In this document: in pieces, positions 12,565 to 25,310 of the stretch | Numbering within the stretch: the first letter of the stretch is position 1 | Layout: the number at the start of each line of letters is the position of its first letter | Source: Eledone cirrhosa | Taxonomy: Eukaryota | DNA: 64,000 nucleotides | NCBI GenBank assembly: GCA_964016885.1 | Contig: OZ024741.1 | Span: 157,480,001 to 157,544,000, forward strand | Direction: 5' to 3' | Made by a program: the position numbers and the translations under genes | The notes under the pieces: generated by a model | Told to the model about the DNA's origin: nothing | Databases searched by the model: none | What the model saw: the letters and a program-made list of their open reading frames with translations, nothing else

Positions 12565-15158
12565 ACCAAAGATGTCAAGTGTTCAGGATTGCAAGACAGT
12601 GTATCAGGGAAAATTAAATATCTCTGAGAAGACAATGGTGCATTAGCCCTGACTGAAACTGAAATGAAAGCAGCATGGAAATGTCATTATGAGAGACTGA
12701 TGAATTAGGAGAATGTGTGGGAGGAAGATAGCCTGCCTCAGGTGGACCCTACAGAGTGACCAGCAGTACAAGTCAGCAGCAGTGTTGTAAGTAAGGCAAT
12801 TAAGAACATGAGAACAAGCATTTGGGTTAGTTGCTGAGATTTGGGCTTGCAATCGAAAGGTTGTGAGTTCAATTCTCGGACTGGGTGATGTGTTGTTTCC
12901 TTGAGCAAGACACTTTATTTCACATTGCTCCAGTTTACTCAGCTGTAGAGATGAGATGATAGGACTGGGGTCCCTATCATTCCACTGCAAAGTGGTCATG
13001 GAGGTGCCACGGCAAAAAAAAAAACACCCAGCCCACACTGTAAAGTGAACGTGTAGGCACCACGGAAAAAAAGCACCCAGCACTCACTGTAAATGAGGTT
13101 GGTGTTAGGAAGGGCATCCAGCTGTAGACATCAAGCCAGAATTAGTTCCCGTACGAGCAAGAGAAGGTCAGCCGGCCGGACACTCCCCACAACAGGACAA
13201 CCCGTCTAACTCATGCTAGCGTGGAAAAACGGACGTAAAACAGCAATGATGATGATGAAGATGCTGAAAGCATCTGGAATGGTAGGACACACCATAACCA
13301 TGCATATTGTTAACCAAGTTATACAAAATGGCATCATACACAATGACTGGCATAGCAGCAGCATTGTCAACTGCTACAAGGGCAAAGATGATGCACTAGG
13401 CAGAAGAAACTACCGAGGCATCAATCTGATGGACCAGGTCATGAAAGTTACAGAAAGTGTAATTGTACAACTGATTAGGAATCAAATTAAACTAGATGAA
13501 AGGAAGTTCAGATCTATGCTAGGAAAAAGTATTATGGATGCCCTCTTCCTTGTGAAACAAAAGCAAACCCCTCTACTTAGCATTTGTCAACCAAGAGAAA
13601 CCTTGTGGGCACTTTGGAAACTAGAAGTAGAATAGTGTCTAGTAAAGGTGGTACAAGCCATGTACAGAGATGCTGTCAGTAAGGTTAAAGTTAATAATGA
13701 CTCTAGCAAGGAGTTTAGTGAGCAAGTTGGGGTCCACCAAGGCTCTGTCCTTAGCCTTCTCCTGTTTATTATTGACCTCCAGGCTATAACAGAAGAGTTT
13801 AAAACAGTATGCTCTTGTAAATTCCTATATGCTGATGTTCTAACTCTCATAGCTGAATCTATGACAGAACTAGAGAAAAAATTCCTTATCTGGAAGCATA
13901 ACCTGGAACCAAAGGTCTTAAAGTCAACTTGGCAAAGACCAAAGTTCTTGTAAGTAGTAAGGAAAACAAGACTTTGATGCCTTCTGTGAAATGGCCCTGC
14001 TCAGTGTATAGGAAAAGGATGGGTAGAAATTCCATCCTCTGTCACAAATGCAAGCTATGCGTACACAAGAATGGGATCTCAGGTATGTTAGCTAAGAATG
14101 TAGGTTTTACATGTGGTTGCTGCACAAGAGCAACAAGTGCTATCAAACTCTTGGAAGGTTCCGTAGAAGCAGTTGACAGCTTCTGTTATCTGGGTGACCA
14201 AATTAGCAGTGGAGGTGGGTGCCGAAAGTACAGTAGCAAAAGTGAGAACGGGATGGAAAAAATTCAGGGTGTTACTACCATTGCTAGCTACAAAATATTT
14301 TTCCCTCAAAATGAAAGACAGATTGTATGATGTGTGCAGACAAAGAGCAATGTTACATGGTAGTAAGACCTGGGCGCTGTGTGCAGTGGACCTGCAAAGA
14401 TTGGAAAGAAATGAAGTTGGCATGCTCTGATGGATGTATAATAGTAAGATACATCAATGGCAGAGCATAAATGAACTGAGAGAGAGAAACTATGTATAAG
14501 AGGGATCAGATGCAGTGTGCAGGAGAAAAGATTGCATTGGTATGGACATGTGATGCATATGAAGGATGACAGTTATATAAAAAGGTGCAGAATGCTCAAA
14601 GTTGATGGGAGCTATGTAGTGGGAAGACCTAGTAAGACTTGGGATGAGGTGATAAAAGCTGATCTTGCACCATTGCACTGCTCAAGGGTGATAACACAGG
14701 ACTGTGATCTCTGGCGCTATACAGTAATACAGAAGAACCAACTTTCCATATGTACAAGTTGAAACATACATCTAGTATGCACCACTTTCTTTACCTCCCT
14801 TTTCCCCTTCCATACATCACCCACGCCCTAACACCCCACCCTTCACAAGATAAGTCCCCTACCCTAGATCTACCTCTCCAATCCACATGCTCCTCCCCCA
14901 CCCTGCCTCCAATCCACACTATAAAGAGGTCGTTTTGGGTGACATGACAAAAAGTCTCCAGTCAAAACTGTGAAGTGGTCATGTTGGGGACATGATAAAA
15001 AGCACCCAGTGTACTCTGTAAATGTATTTGGTGAAACCAAGCCAAAATCAATTCTGTATGCGCAAGACATGGTCATCTGATCTGGCTTGTCTCACAATGG
15101 GATAATTCATCTAAGCCATGCTAGCATGGAAAAATGGACGTTAAATGGGGATGATGAT
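12565..15158 (+). mobile_element. Decayed RTE LINE (RT with PHD-like insert), 5'-truncated, with nested SINE
   Basis: NYRGINLMDQVMKV, GVHQGSVLS, LYAD, HGSKTW, LHWYGHV; many frameshifts; 3'UTR ends in (GAT)n. Confidence 0.9.
12841..13257 (+). mobile_element. SINE family 2 (CORE-like body, RTE tail) nested in the RTE
   Basis: B box GAGTTCAATTC and CCTTGAGCAAGACACTTTATTTC; interrupts GCTGAGAT|GCTGAAAG with AGAT on both sides. Confidence 0.85.
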
Positions 15159-15172
15159 ATATAATATATATA

Positions 15173-15642
15173 TGATGGCTGCCCCCTCATTAATAATTAT
15201 CAATTAATTCTATCGTGCAATGCTTAAGCGTGAAGATATTTTTTTAAGTGAGGAAAGACTGTGCACTGAGCCAATCCCACTCTCTGAGCAACAGTAGCTA
15301 TAACCCAAAAAGAAGAAAAGATCAACATCATCGGTAACTTGCAGGTTTTATATCGGAGTTAGCCCAGTTTCCTGAGTTGCCTTCTCCTAGAAGAATGCCC
15401 TGACAAAGGCTAGGGGTCCTTCCCTCCCAGTGGTTTAACCACGCGGTACATGTGTATATACATATTTACACACTTTCGGATGGCCGTTGACTCTTATGAG
15501 TTCTTCCGCCCTTTGTCAGGCTTTGTTTTTGTCCTGCAAGGTGTCCAAAATCACCCTCCTGACCAAGTAAACTTGGTGGGGTTGCCGGTTTAGTCGCCGA
15601 TCACCCGACCATGCAACAGGTTGTACTGAGTTGACCCGACAC
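15173..15642 (-). mobile_element. Second bipartite RTE derivative
   Basis: Homologous to 9935-10266, but with a shorter 3' part ending GCAGCCATCAT. Confidence 0.6.
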
Positions 15643-16128
15643 ATATATATATATATACATACATACATGTATATATATACATGTAAGTATATGTATATAC
15701 ATATATGTATATGTATATATATACATACATGTAAGTGTATACAAGTAGTCAATGAGGAGAAAAACACAACAATGATACAGTATGATGAAGATATATATTA
15801 GTTTAAGGCTTCATATAGTAGGAAAGGGGTTTTAACTTTTCAAACATTAGTACCTCATCAGAAGATAAATTGAAAAATAGAAGAAATAGGAGAAAATATT
15901 TTGTAAGAAAAAAGCACATGTGTGTTTTGTCAGCCATCAATATAATAATGAAATAATGAAGGTAGGATTTATAGCCATTTTAGAACTTGATGAAATGTTG
16001 ATGTGAATATCTCATCACAGTGAAGTGAAATCTGTTTTTTATTTTTGTGGGTGTAAGCAGAGTATAGGTGACTGTTGTATTGCACTCAGTTAATCTACTT
16101 GCAAGTTTATGTATATATATATATATAT

Positions 16129-16183
16129 ATGTAAGTATGTATGTATACGTACATACATATATGTATACAGACGTACAGTAGCA

Positions 16184-16253
<70 letters not shown>

Positions 16254-16539
16254 CAGGTACACATACATATATGCACGCATCAGTTTAGCGGACGCTTATT
16301 ATAACGCCGCTTTGTTCGTTTGTAAACAAACTGAACAGCCTGAATTTATGGCATAAATTCAGGCTGTTCAGTTTTTTTACAAACAAACAAGACGGCGTTA
16401 TAATAAGCGTCTGCTAAACTGATGCGTGCATATATGTATGTGTACCTGTATGTATATATATATATATTTATATATATATATGCATGCTACTGTACGTCTG
16501 TATACATATATGTATGTACGTATACATACATACTTACAT
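16129..16539. repeat. Long near-perfect palindrome centred at 16351
   Basis: ~200-bp arms, essentially no spacer, a few substitutions, internal (TA)n of unequal length; right arm plus extension recurs at 50319-50416. Confidence 0.9.
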
Positions 16540-16862
16540 TTAAGTAAGTGCCATACTAAGAGTGAGAAATGAAATTTCGTTTTCATTTTATTTCAACTTA
16601 TATATATATATATATATATATCAAAGGTATATATTGAGTTAGAAACTCAAAATAGTCTCTTACAATAAAATAGCTCTAGGAAAGAGATTTTTCCGAGCCG
16701 TATATTATAATTGAAGATAAAAGAAAGGTAAACACAGATATATACATATATAGGGACCAGATTCGCTAAGGTGAAAAGAATACTAACTATGGACAATAGG
16801 GTTTGCCAGACTCAATTTAAGAATAAATTAAGAAAATAAATACAAATCGGAATTGTGACCTT

Positions 16863-16933
<71 letters not shown>

Positions 16934-17110
16934 AAAGTTCTATTTAAAATTGTTGGGATACAACAAGTAAATATTTTTATAACTGATATAAAGCACTCGA
17001 CAAGTATTTGGAGTAGATATAAACAACTCACTATCCAGATGGCTTCCAAAAATAATGGTTGCATTTTAAAAAGGTACGTCAAAGCTTATTTGTAAAACTG
17101 TTAAATATTG

Positions 17111-17175
17111 TATTTTGTCTGATGAAGGCATACCATAATTTAATTTGGTATCCCTGAAATATGTATAATGAAATA
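17111..17175 (+). ncRNA. Type-I hammerhead ribozyme motif
   Basis: Stem I TATTTTGT/ATGAAATA; CTGATGA; stem II AGG-c-ATACCA/TGGTAT-c-CCT; GAAAT-atgt-ATA. Confidence 0.75.
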
Positions 17176-17944
17176 AATATGGTTTAATAAATATAGTTTC
17201 CATTTATTAATATCGTATATATATATATATATATTAATTTCAATGATCAGTGTTGATTGATCCAAGTAAGCAACCAACTCTGGTGTAATCAAGTAGAAGC
17301 ACTCCAAGTCATAGGTACCATAATTTATTATATATACTAACAGAAAAATCACTCTTCGGGGGGGGGGGGGTTCTGCTAGCATGTGTAGTGTGCATATTGA
17401 TATTATATGCAAATATACATGCATGTAGATATGATACATCAAATAAAATCGTAATTGACAATATGCACAGAAATTGAAGAGAGATTGTGTTAAAGTGTCT
17501 TCTGCAATCAGTAAAGTAATCCATGATACATTAAAAAAAGACGATATATATATATAAACTGTATTACGGTGAAATATTACGAAAATGGAAAGGAGAAAAT
17601 TAGTGACCGAAATATAAACTTTATATAACGATGCAAATATATAAACGTTTACATAAACAATGTAATAAGTTTTCTGATATAACGGACGTTAATCGGACAT
17701 TGAAAATGTTTAAAGAAATGAATCTTAAAATAAGCAATCATTATATATAAGAATATTTATGTTTAATCAAGAGCTACGAAATTTAGTACAAAAATTATGT
17801 AATATTCATTCCTTATTTATTCAAAATAATCTAACTTATTTTACTAACTGGATAAAAAAATATATTCAGGATGTAGTCCCACACTCCTTCCTTTATTATA
17901 TTATGATGGTATCAGACAGAGTATCAATATTAAGAAAAAGAAGA

Positions 17945-19733
17945 GTGACAGTATCACATATTCAGCATCAGTTTATTTAATTTCATTATACCCACTATGT
18001 ACATTTCAAAGGCATCAAAAGGTCGTTATGCAACAGTTATCTGATGTGCTGTCATCAGACAGGTGTTTAAATATAAATTAAAGATAAACTTTTGTCTTTG
18101 TTTCTGATATGCCTTCCATTGTAGTGATGTTGACATTTCAGTATCAGGTGAGCATATGCTATATAGGAATGCTAGTGCTGGCAAGTCATGGGACAGAGGT
18201 GTGGAAGCTACTATGGTAGTAGGTGATGAAAGTAGGTCTGTGTACTAAACGAGTCAGGTTATTCAATCTTTGGTCAATCGTTTTTGTTCTTAAAGGGTTA
18301 TAGAGTAGTTGATTAATCTACTTTTTAGCATTATATTTTTATCAGCTCTCAACATGCGACAATGGTCATTTTATCTCTATCACTATCATGTTAGTGTTGG
18401 TAAGTTTATGATGCATGGTCATCTATCTAAGCTGTTGTATAGAGGGAAGAGGACTTATATTTAAGCTATAACATGTGAGTATTGCTATGAGCCTGTGTGC
18501 AAACTAGATCTAAATAAAGTGGGTTTGTATCATCATAGCCATGTACGCATGTGCATAATCCTATAGCAGTAGTATGCATAGGTAAATATGAACTATAAAT
18601 TACCCACAGACACACCGCCCATATGCGCACGTATAAGTTTACACATCACTCACACAAGGAGGTAAATGAATAGAGGAAAGGAAAGTAAAAAGAAATCATG
18701 TCATAAGTAAAGGTGATGATAAAAGTTTAGATGCTAGGGAAACGGTTAATTTGGGTCCACACTGTAAGGTAGAAATGTAATAATCATGGAAGCGTGGTGT
18801 TAGTAGAAGTTAGGGTACTGTGAAGTGTTGTAATATTTGGGTTGTGCTGAAAAGATGTAGGCTACAATCTATAAGCTAGCTAAGGAGTTTAAGAAGGCTT
18901 TTGATATTTTGTGTCTACAAGAGTTAAAGAGATCAGAGTGTTTATTGATTATGTGGGGTCCACTCTCTAAAATTTCCACTGCTTCTGGGGTGCACAGATC
19001 ACAACCATTCACAAAAGATCCTCCCTCATATGGGTGTGCAGTTGTAAGTGTTGACCATGACAATAAATGTTGTATTCTATCCTGCTTAAGCCTCCATTTA
19101 ATCTTGGCTAGTACCATGCTTTGCTGCTTGTCTATTCTATTAAAAAAGTGGCAATGGTGGTACCACCTGTCCTTAAAACTGGTCACTGTCAAACCTATAT
19201 GCTTAAAATTTCTATCACTAGTAGTAACCCTTTCAGAGGCTCCTATTCTGCATGGAGCAATTTGCTGTATTTCTGAAGTTGCAGTCACTATTACATGTAT
19301 GTGCAGTGTTGGAATTCCATCCATTGGTGTGATTAAACTCTAGGTCTGGATGAATTAAATTTTGTCTGTTACTAAGTTACTTACTGTTTTTTCTTTAAGG
19401 CTGTAATGTTATCTGCAGGGGGATGCTCTAGTGAACTCGTTTTGATTTTGTTTTTGTTCTAATTTGCTATTATTGATCTTGGCTATGTTTTGTGCTAAGT
19501 TTTGGCAATGTTAGTATTCGTATAGCATACGTTTGCTTGATACTGAAATGTCAACATCTCTCCAATGGCAGGTATATCCAAAACAAATAGATAACAACAT
19601 ATTTTTTTTTAATAAACATTTAAACACCTGTCTGATGATAACACATTAGATAACTGTTGCATAACAACCTTTTGATGCTTTGAAATGTATGATGTAATGA
19701 AATAAACTGATGTTGAATATGTCATATCATCTA
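17945..19733 (-). mobile_element. 5'-truncated Penelope-like element with inverted pLTRs
   Basis: GIY-YIG C-terminus at 18869-19330 (HIGLT..FKDRWYHH..CDLC..INKHSDLFNSCRH); ~220-bp inverted repeats at 17945-18165 and 19521-19733. Confidence 0.85.
17990..18064 (-). ncRNA. Type-I hammerhead motif in pLTR (decayed inverted copy at 19626-19700, plus)
   Basis: ACCTGT-CTGATGA..CATCA/TGATG..GAAAT-GTAC-ATA-GTGGGT. Confidence 0.65.
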
Positions 19734-19751
19734 TCTTCCTTTTATTAATTC

Positions 19752-20088
19752 ATATGTACATACATACATACACATACATATATGCACACGCATACATACA
19801 TACACACCCACATACATATATACATATATACGTACACACACACACATGCATACATGCACACATACATACATCATGCATACATATATACATATATACACAC
19901 ATACATACACACACATACACACACATACATATACACACATACATACTCACATACATACATATATACATACATACACGCATACATACAAAGAAACATACAT
20001 ACATACATACATACATAAAATATACATACACATATACACATACATACACATGTGCGCACACACACACACATACACACACACACACACA
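19752..20088. repeat. (CA/TA/CATA)n compound microsatellite
   Basis: Direct inspection. Confidence 0.9.
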
Positions 20089-20447
20089 GATAATACAGGC
20101 TGTAACATAATTTCTTTCTCATCATTTATTGTTGGTTTTCTTTGCCAGCCAGCATTATGTTATCCATCACAGTCAGATGACAACCAAAGGCAATGGATAA
20201 AGATCCTTATAGTGCATCTTAGTTGGATTGAACTCACAGTTTGCTCTATGTAAGGAACCCTTTGTAAACTGCAGGTCATGTTTCTTGAAATTAAAGCAGT
20301 TTTAGACTTTTATTTCAACCCTTTATTTGCCATGTTTCTAATGAAAGACACAACCCATGGTTTTCAATTCATTTTTAAAAATAATCAACAATTTAGAGGA
20401 ATTTAGTAATATAAATAAGTTTTTCATTATTTAGCTAGCATATAGCA

Positions 20448-20663
20448 CAGTTGATTGGCAGTATTGGTAGAGTGATGGACAGCATACTTCGCAGCATAGA
20501 GTTACGACCCTTTACGTTCTGAGTTCAAATCCCGCCGAGGTTTGCTTTGCCTTTCATCCTTACGGGGTCGATAAAATAAAGCACCAGTAAGTACCGGGGT
20601 CGATTTAATCGACTTTGCCCTCCCCTTCAAATTGCTGGCCTTGTCCATAAAGTAGAAACAATT
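20448..20663 (+). mobile_element. SINE family 1, long variant
   Basis: A box TGGCAGTATTGG, B box GAGTTCAAATCC; retains the GGGGTCGATTTAATCGAC segment. Confidence 0.9.
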
Positions 20664-20724
20664 ATTTAGCTAGCATTAGGAACATAACAAAGCTTCTTAC
20701 ATAAAATTATGATGGAAAGTTTTG

Positions 20725-20757
<33 letters not shown>

Positions 20758-20760
<3 letters not shown>

Positions 20761-21480
20761 ATCATCATCATTTAACATCTGCTTCCCTTGCTAGCACGTG
20801 TTGGATGGGTCTACGTAGACCATGTCAGTACTGAAATGGAGCTACTGACATCCCAGACAGGCCAAGGGATCTGCATCCTGCTTATGTATGGTAATATCAA
20901 GTGCTGAGGAGAAATTGTCATGTCTTTTGATCCAAACTGAAGTGTCCTCCCAACTCCTTGTTTGAAAAGCTTTCTAGAGCTGAATGCCCTTGCTAACACC
21001 AACCACCTTACAGCATATAATGGGTGCTTTTATTGAGCAAATCGCCAGCACTACGGAGGCTGTCTTGTCCTTGACAGAATTAAAGCTTTCTATAGATGGA
21101 TGCCCTTCCTATCACCATCCACTTTATAGCATGTACTGAGTATGTTTATCATGTAGATCACCTATCTCTATATTTCCCTATTCTTTCTTTCCTTTTATTT
21201 CCCTTTTTTTAAATTATTGCTGTCATTATAATGTAAATATCATGTTTATACAGTTTTTATCATAAATAAATTGTAGCTTCTTTAATTGGAAAGATAGCCT
21301 AGAGAGGTTGTTGTGTCTTTGACACAATTAATGGGTCCTCCCAAACCTCTCAAACCTCTCAAACCTTATAGGCATGGTTTCTATTGCAGGGTGCCTTTCT
21401 TGTTGTCAACCACCCTTACAGAGTGTACTGGGTGCATTTTTGTGGCACCATCACTAGAATGGTTATTGGTCATAGACCCA
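20758..21480 (-). mobile_element. Old RTE 3'UTR fragments
   Basis: CATCATCATTTAACATC..GCTAGCA start and repeated GGATGCCCTTCCT..CACCAACCAC motifs. Confidence 0.55.
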
Positions 21481-22315
21481 ACTGTAGAGCCCTCTCAGTT
21501 CTGGGGAGGGAGGCAATATGGGAGGGTCATAGGTATGAAGTTATATATGTATGTGGGGATTTGGCAGGGCAATGAATAAAGGGTAGGAGTGGATGACTAG
21601 TGTATGGGAATGTAGTGGTGTGAGGGATTCAGTCAATATGGTGGGGGTGGGAGGTATCATGGAGAGATAAGTAGGGGGTAAGGAATGAGTAAGAGGCAGG
21701 GGTAGCTGATTAGTGTATGGGGAGAGGGGATGTATATATTTATAAGCACATTGGAATAGATAGTTTTGTATCTTAGAACTAGAAGCAGTTTGTCATCAAA
21801 GGGGTTAATAAGCTATTTATTGTAGAAAAGAAGGTAAATTTTATAGGGTATTTTGGTGTGGTTTGGGTAAGCTAATATCCAGGGATCTATCTACTCTATT
21901 TTTATCTAGGTAGTAAAGTAGTTGAGTTGTTAGAGATTCAGGCAATTGTTCCAGTTCTCTGCACTCTGAGTTCAAATCCAGCTGAGGTCAACTGTGCTGT
22001 TTATCCTTTCAGATAAAGTACCAGTCCAGCAGGTGCAATGGATTGGCAGGATTTGTAAAGATTTAAGTTGGATCCTTTGCAATATTTGATATGGCTCTGT
22101 GTTCAGAGATTAATCTCTGCCTCTTTCTGCCAGGAGATTTGATCTCTGGGTAGTATCAGCAACAGAAAAACCAATGGAAACATAGTTTCCTTAGTTCCAA
22201 TCAGACGCTTGCTTCCTTTCTTCTGCCAGATGTTGCAGCCAAGAGATAGTATCAGCAATGGAAAGAAAATGGAAACATGGTTTCTTTGGTCTAATTTGAT
22301 GATCATCTCATTTCC

Positions 22316-25310
22316 TTTTTTTTTGTTTTTTTTTTTTGTTTTGTTTTTTTGTTAATACGTCTGACTACTGGGTAGTGGTAAGCTGGTATCTCAGTAACTA
22401 TCTACCTTTATTTCAATCTAATTAATTGTATCTACCTCTATTTCTATCTAGTTTGGGTGGGCTAACAAGATATCTAGGGCTCCTTTGTTTTTTTAAGAAG
22501 GTGGGGCATATTATGAGGAAGATTTTGCTATTGTTTCAAGCAGGTTGAGCAACCATGTAACACCCCAGTCAGTGTTGGTGAGAAAGAGCTTCATCATATC
22601 ACTCCAGCTCGCGGAGCTCACACCTCCAGCTGACCAGCTCAGCACCTATGGTGGTGAGAAGGGAGGTAGCCCTATGGTCGAAGACACCAGAAGTCTCCAC
22701 TGCCAAGGGTACAGCCGCAAACCTGTCGGAGAGCGACCGGTATTTGAGGAGTTTGGCCTCCTCAGCGCGACGTGCAGCAGAACCTGGGTTAGTCGCAGAC
22801 TTCACCAGGTTGCGGCTGCAGAAAGTGTCGGTGCAAGTGGCATTCCAGACGAGGGTTTGCCACCACGGAATGGAAAGATGGTCATGCCATCTGGCCTTTT
22901 GCCGTCCCCTCAACCTGGGAAGGGAAGCATGCAGCGTCCAAGCCATGCTTTATGACCTAGTTGAGGGCAGCATGGCGTGGAAGGTGGCCGGCACTGTGGC
23001 GACAGGAAAGCAGGTGGAGGCCGAAGAAGTCTACAGTGGATCTGCAGCAACATTGTCTAGCTGTGTGCCAGTGGAGAATGAGGGCAAGGCATCGAGCCAG
23101 GCACCACTGTGGGGTTTGGAGGTCGCATGAAAACAGGCAAGGCGGTGGTAGTCGAGCTGGCGCGTGAGCCTGTCTGAAACCAGGCTGCACTGGATGGAAT
23201 CCCAAGTGCTTTGGGGGGACTTGACGTCAACAGGGGGAGAAGGAGGAGGGATGTCTACTGGGCTAAGTCCCAGCCGTTCCCACGTCTCATAGGCGGCCTC
23301 ACGTTCTCTGGACACAGAGGGTTCTCTTGTATTTTGAAGAACCCTGCTGACGAGGACGCGGCATGAGGTTACCAACGTAAGAAACACCGGCAAAGCCAGT
23401 GAGATCGGGGACAGGAAGCCAATACCGCCATACCTGACAGGTAAAGTGGCCTGTTGCCATCCAATGTCGTCAAACTTGACGTTGCACATCTCCTCGGCTG
23501 CTGCTCGAATAAATACAAGTATCGAGGTCAGCAAGGAGAGATACGTTGGTGTAGCACGGAGCGCTGCAAAGGGTATAGAGGAGCTTCAGCATGGCGAAGC
23601 AGTTCCTCAACAGAAAGAGAGCTGGGTGGCCGTTGATCAAACCCAGTCGGCTCATGAGTGTCTGGAGTTATTGAAGCCTGGACCTGATGGTGGAGCGGAT
23701 GGCCAACAGGTGAATCGGTCACTCGAGGATGAGGACATCCTCTTTGGGGGTCACTTGTAACTGGTGGAGAATGGACCACACGTCCGAGATGGAGGCTGCA
23801 AAGCTCTCAGCATTGTGGCTGACATTCACCACCTCTGACTTGGCCGAGTTGACCTGGAGGCCGATTCCTGCCAGGGCAGGAACCACTGATTGTAGGTCAT
23901 GGCAGACAGTCTGTACGGGCCCACCCAACGTGGCATCATCCAGATACCAAACATTGAGAAGGGCTGTGATACTCCGGGTGATGTGGTCTATACCAAGAGC
24001 AAACAGGAGGGGTCCCAAAGGGTCGCTCTGTTGGACCCCAGTGGCCAAAGGTATGACCGTATCAGCAGCAAGGAGCATGCTCAGGGCTCCATACGACAGG
24101 TAGGCCAGCAGGTAGGCAGAGGCGGCTCGGCTGAGGCAGGCATCGAGCAGATGGTCCCGGCGTAAGCAGTTAAAGGCATTCCTCATGTCAAGCTTGACAA
24201 TGAGGGCCTGGAGTCCCTGGATGCCGATTCCGGTGGGCAGCTGTTGAAGAACTGCCTGGTTGCCTGTGCGGCCCCCTCACAGCCACCGGACACGCCGACA
24301 CCCAGTTGCACCAGACTGAACTCTTCACCCAGTTCGGGTGTTATGGACCTGCAGACTACCTTGGCAGCCAGCCTCTGGAAGACATTGCCCACAGTGATGG
24401 GGCATATGCCACCCTCTTTCTTCCTGAGAGCGGTGAGGCTAGCCGAAAAAAAGAGGCCTCGGGCGTGAGGATCCAGGGTGCCAGGGATGAGCCAATTGGT
24501 GAGTGCCACAATTGCACTCAGAAGGCAGCACCCAGCCTCAGCAGAGCGGGGGGATAGCAACTCCTTGAGGTGGCCTGGTTGGAGACCATCAGCACCACCG
24601 CTGCTGCTAGCTGGGAAGGACTTGATGGCGGACATGATCTCTGCATCGGGATCCACAGGGGGGGATCAGGTGGGGATATGGGTCTGAGATCAGTGGGTGG
24701 CTCAGTGTGCTTGAGTCGCAGGGAAGCCAGGACCGCCTCGGTGGGTTGGAGCACAGTGACCTCTGAGGCAATCACTCTGACTGCGGCTGAGACATCACCC
24801 ATGATTAATTTGGCATTTATGCGGTCATGCAAACGCTTGGCGCTGGCCTCAGGTGTGGAGGATTTGGGGGTACCCGAGGGTGGGGTGTGTGGCGTCCCTA
24901 GGCACGCTTGGAATGGGCGCTTGCCCAAAGGACAAAACATTGGCCTTGACAAAGGCTGCTGTCAACCGGCCGCCTCGGTCAGCGCCAGAGCTAGGGAGGC
25001 CGAGGGTGAGTGGGGCGAAATAAAAGAGTCACTCCCAGTCGCTGGCTCGATTGGAGTTCAGGGCGCTCTGAATCAAAGAAGCGAAGGCATTGGCTACCGG
25101 CACCCGGTCTGCTCTCGGGATCCTGAGTGGGATCTTCCGGAGCCACCTGAGCCAAGCGATGTTGACCAACGAGGCTTGGGCATCAGGCAAGCTCGCTGTC
25201 TCATCTAGTGGTGTGCCAGACGGCCGTGGCTGGGCAGACGAGGGGAAGAGATAGTTTCTGCATTTCCACCCTGCGAGGGCACTGGAGGCTTGGCGCATCA
25301 AACCAACACA
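22316..25310 (-). mobile_element. Decayed CRE-clade (R2-group) LINE: RT plus restriction-like endonuclease
   Basis: SFPASSSGGADGL, ALRKKEGGICPITVG, QLGVG, DMRNAFN, GVQQSDPLGPLLF, WYLDD, QATLPVRYGGIG, SGAWLDALP, HLLSC..RH, WNATCTDT..K..KY..PLAVETSG; poly(A)-like tail at 22316-22352. Confidence 0.88.

Noticed and set aside
15570-15642. HDV-like ribozyme at the RTE-derived 5' end
   Set aside because: A CTAA motif is present but no P1/P2 pairing could be built by eye.
15810-15870. Minus-strand CTGATGAGGTAC...GAAA
   Set aside because: Stems II and III could not be formed convincingly.
19731-20253. YIYI/HTHT/CVCV/ERER ORFs here and throughout the window
   Set aside because: Translations of microsatellites.
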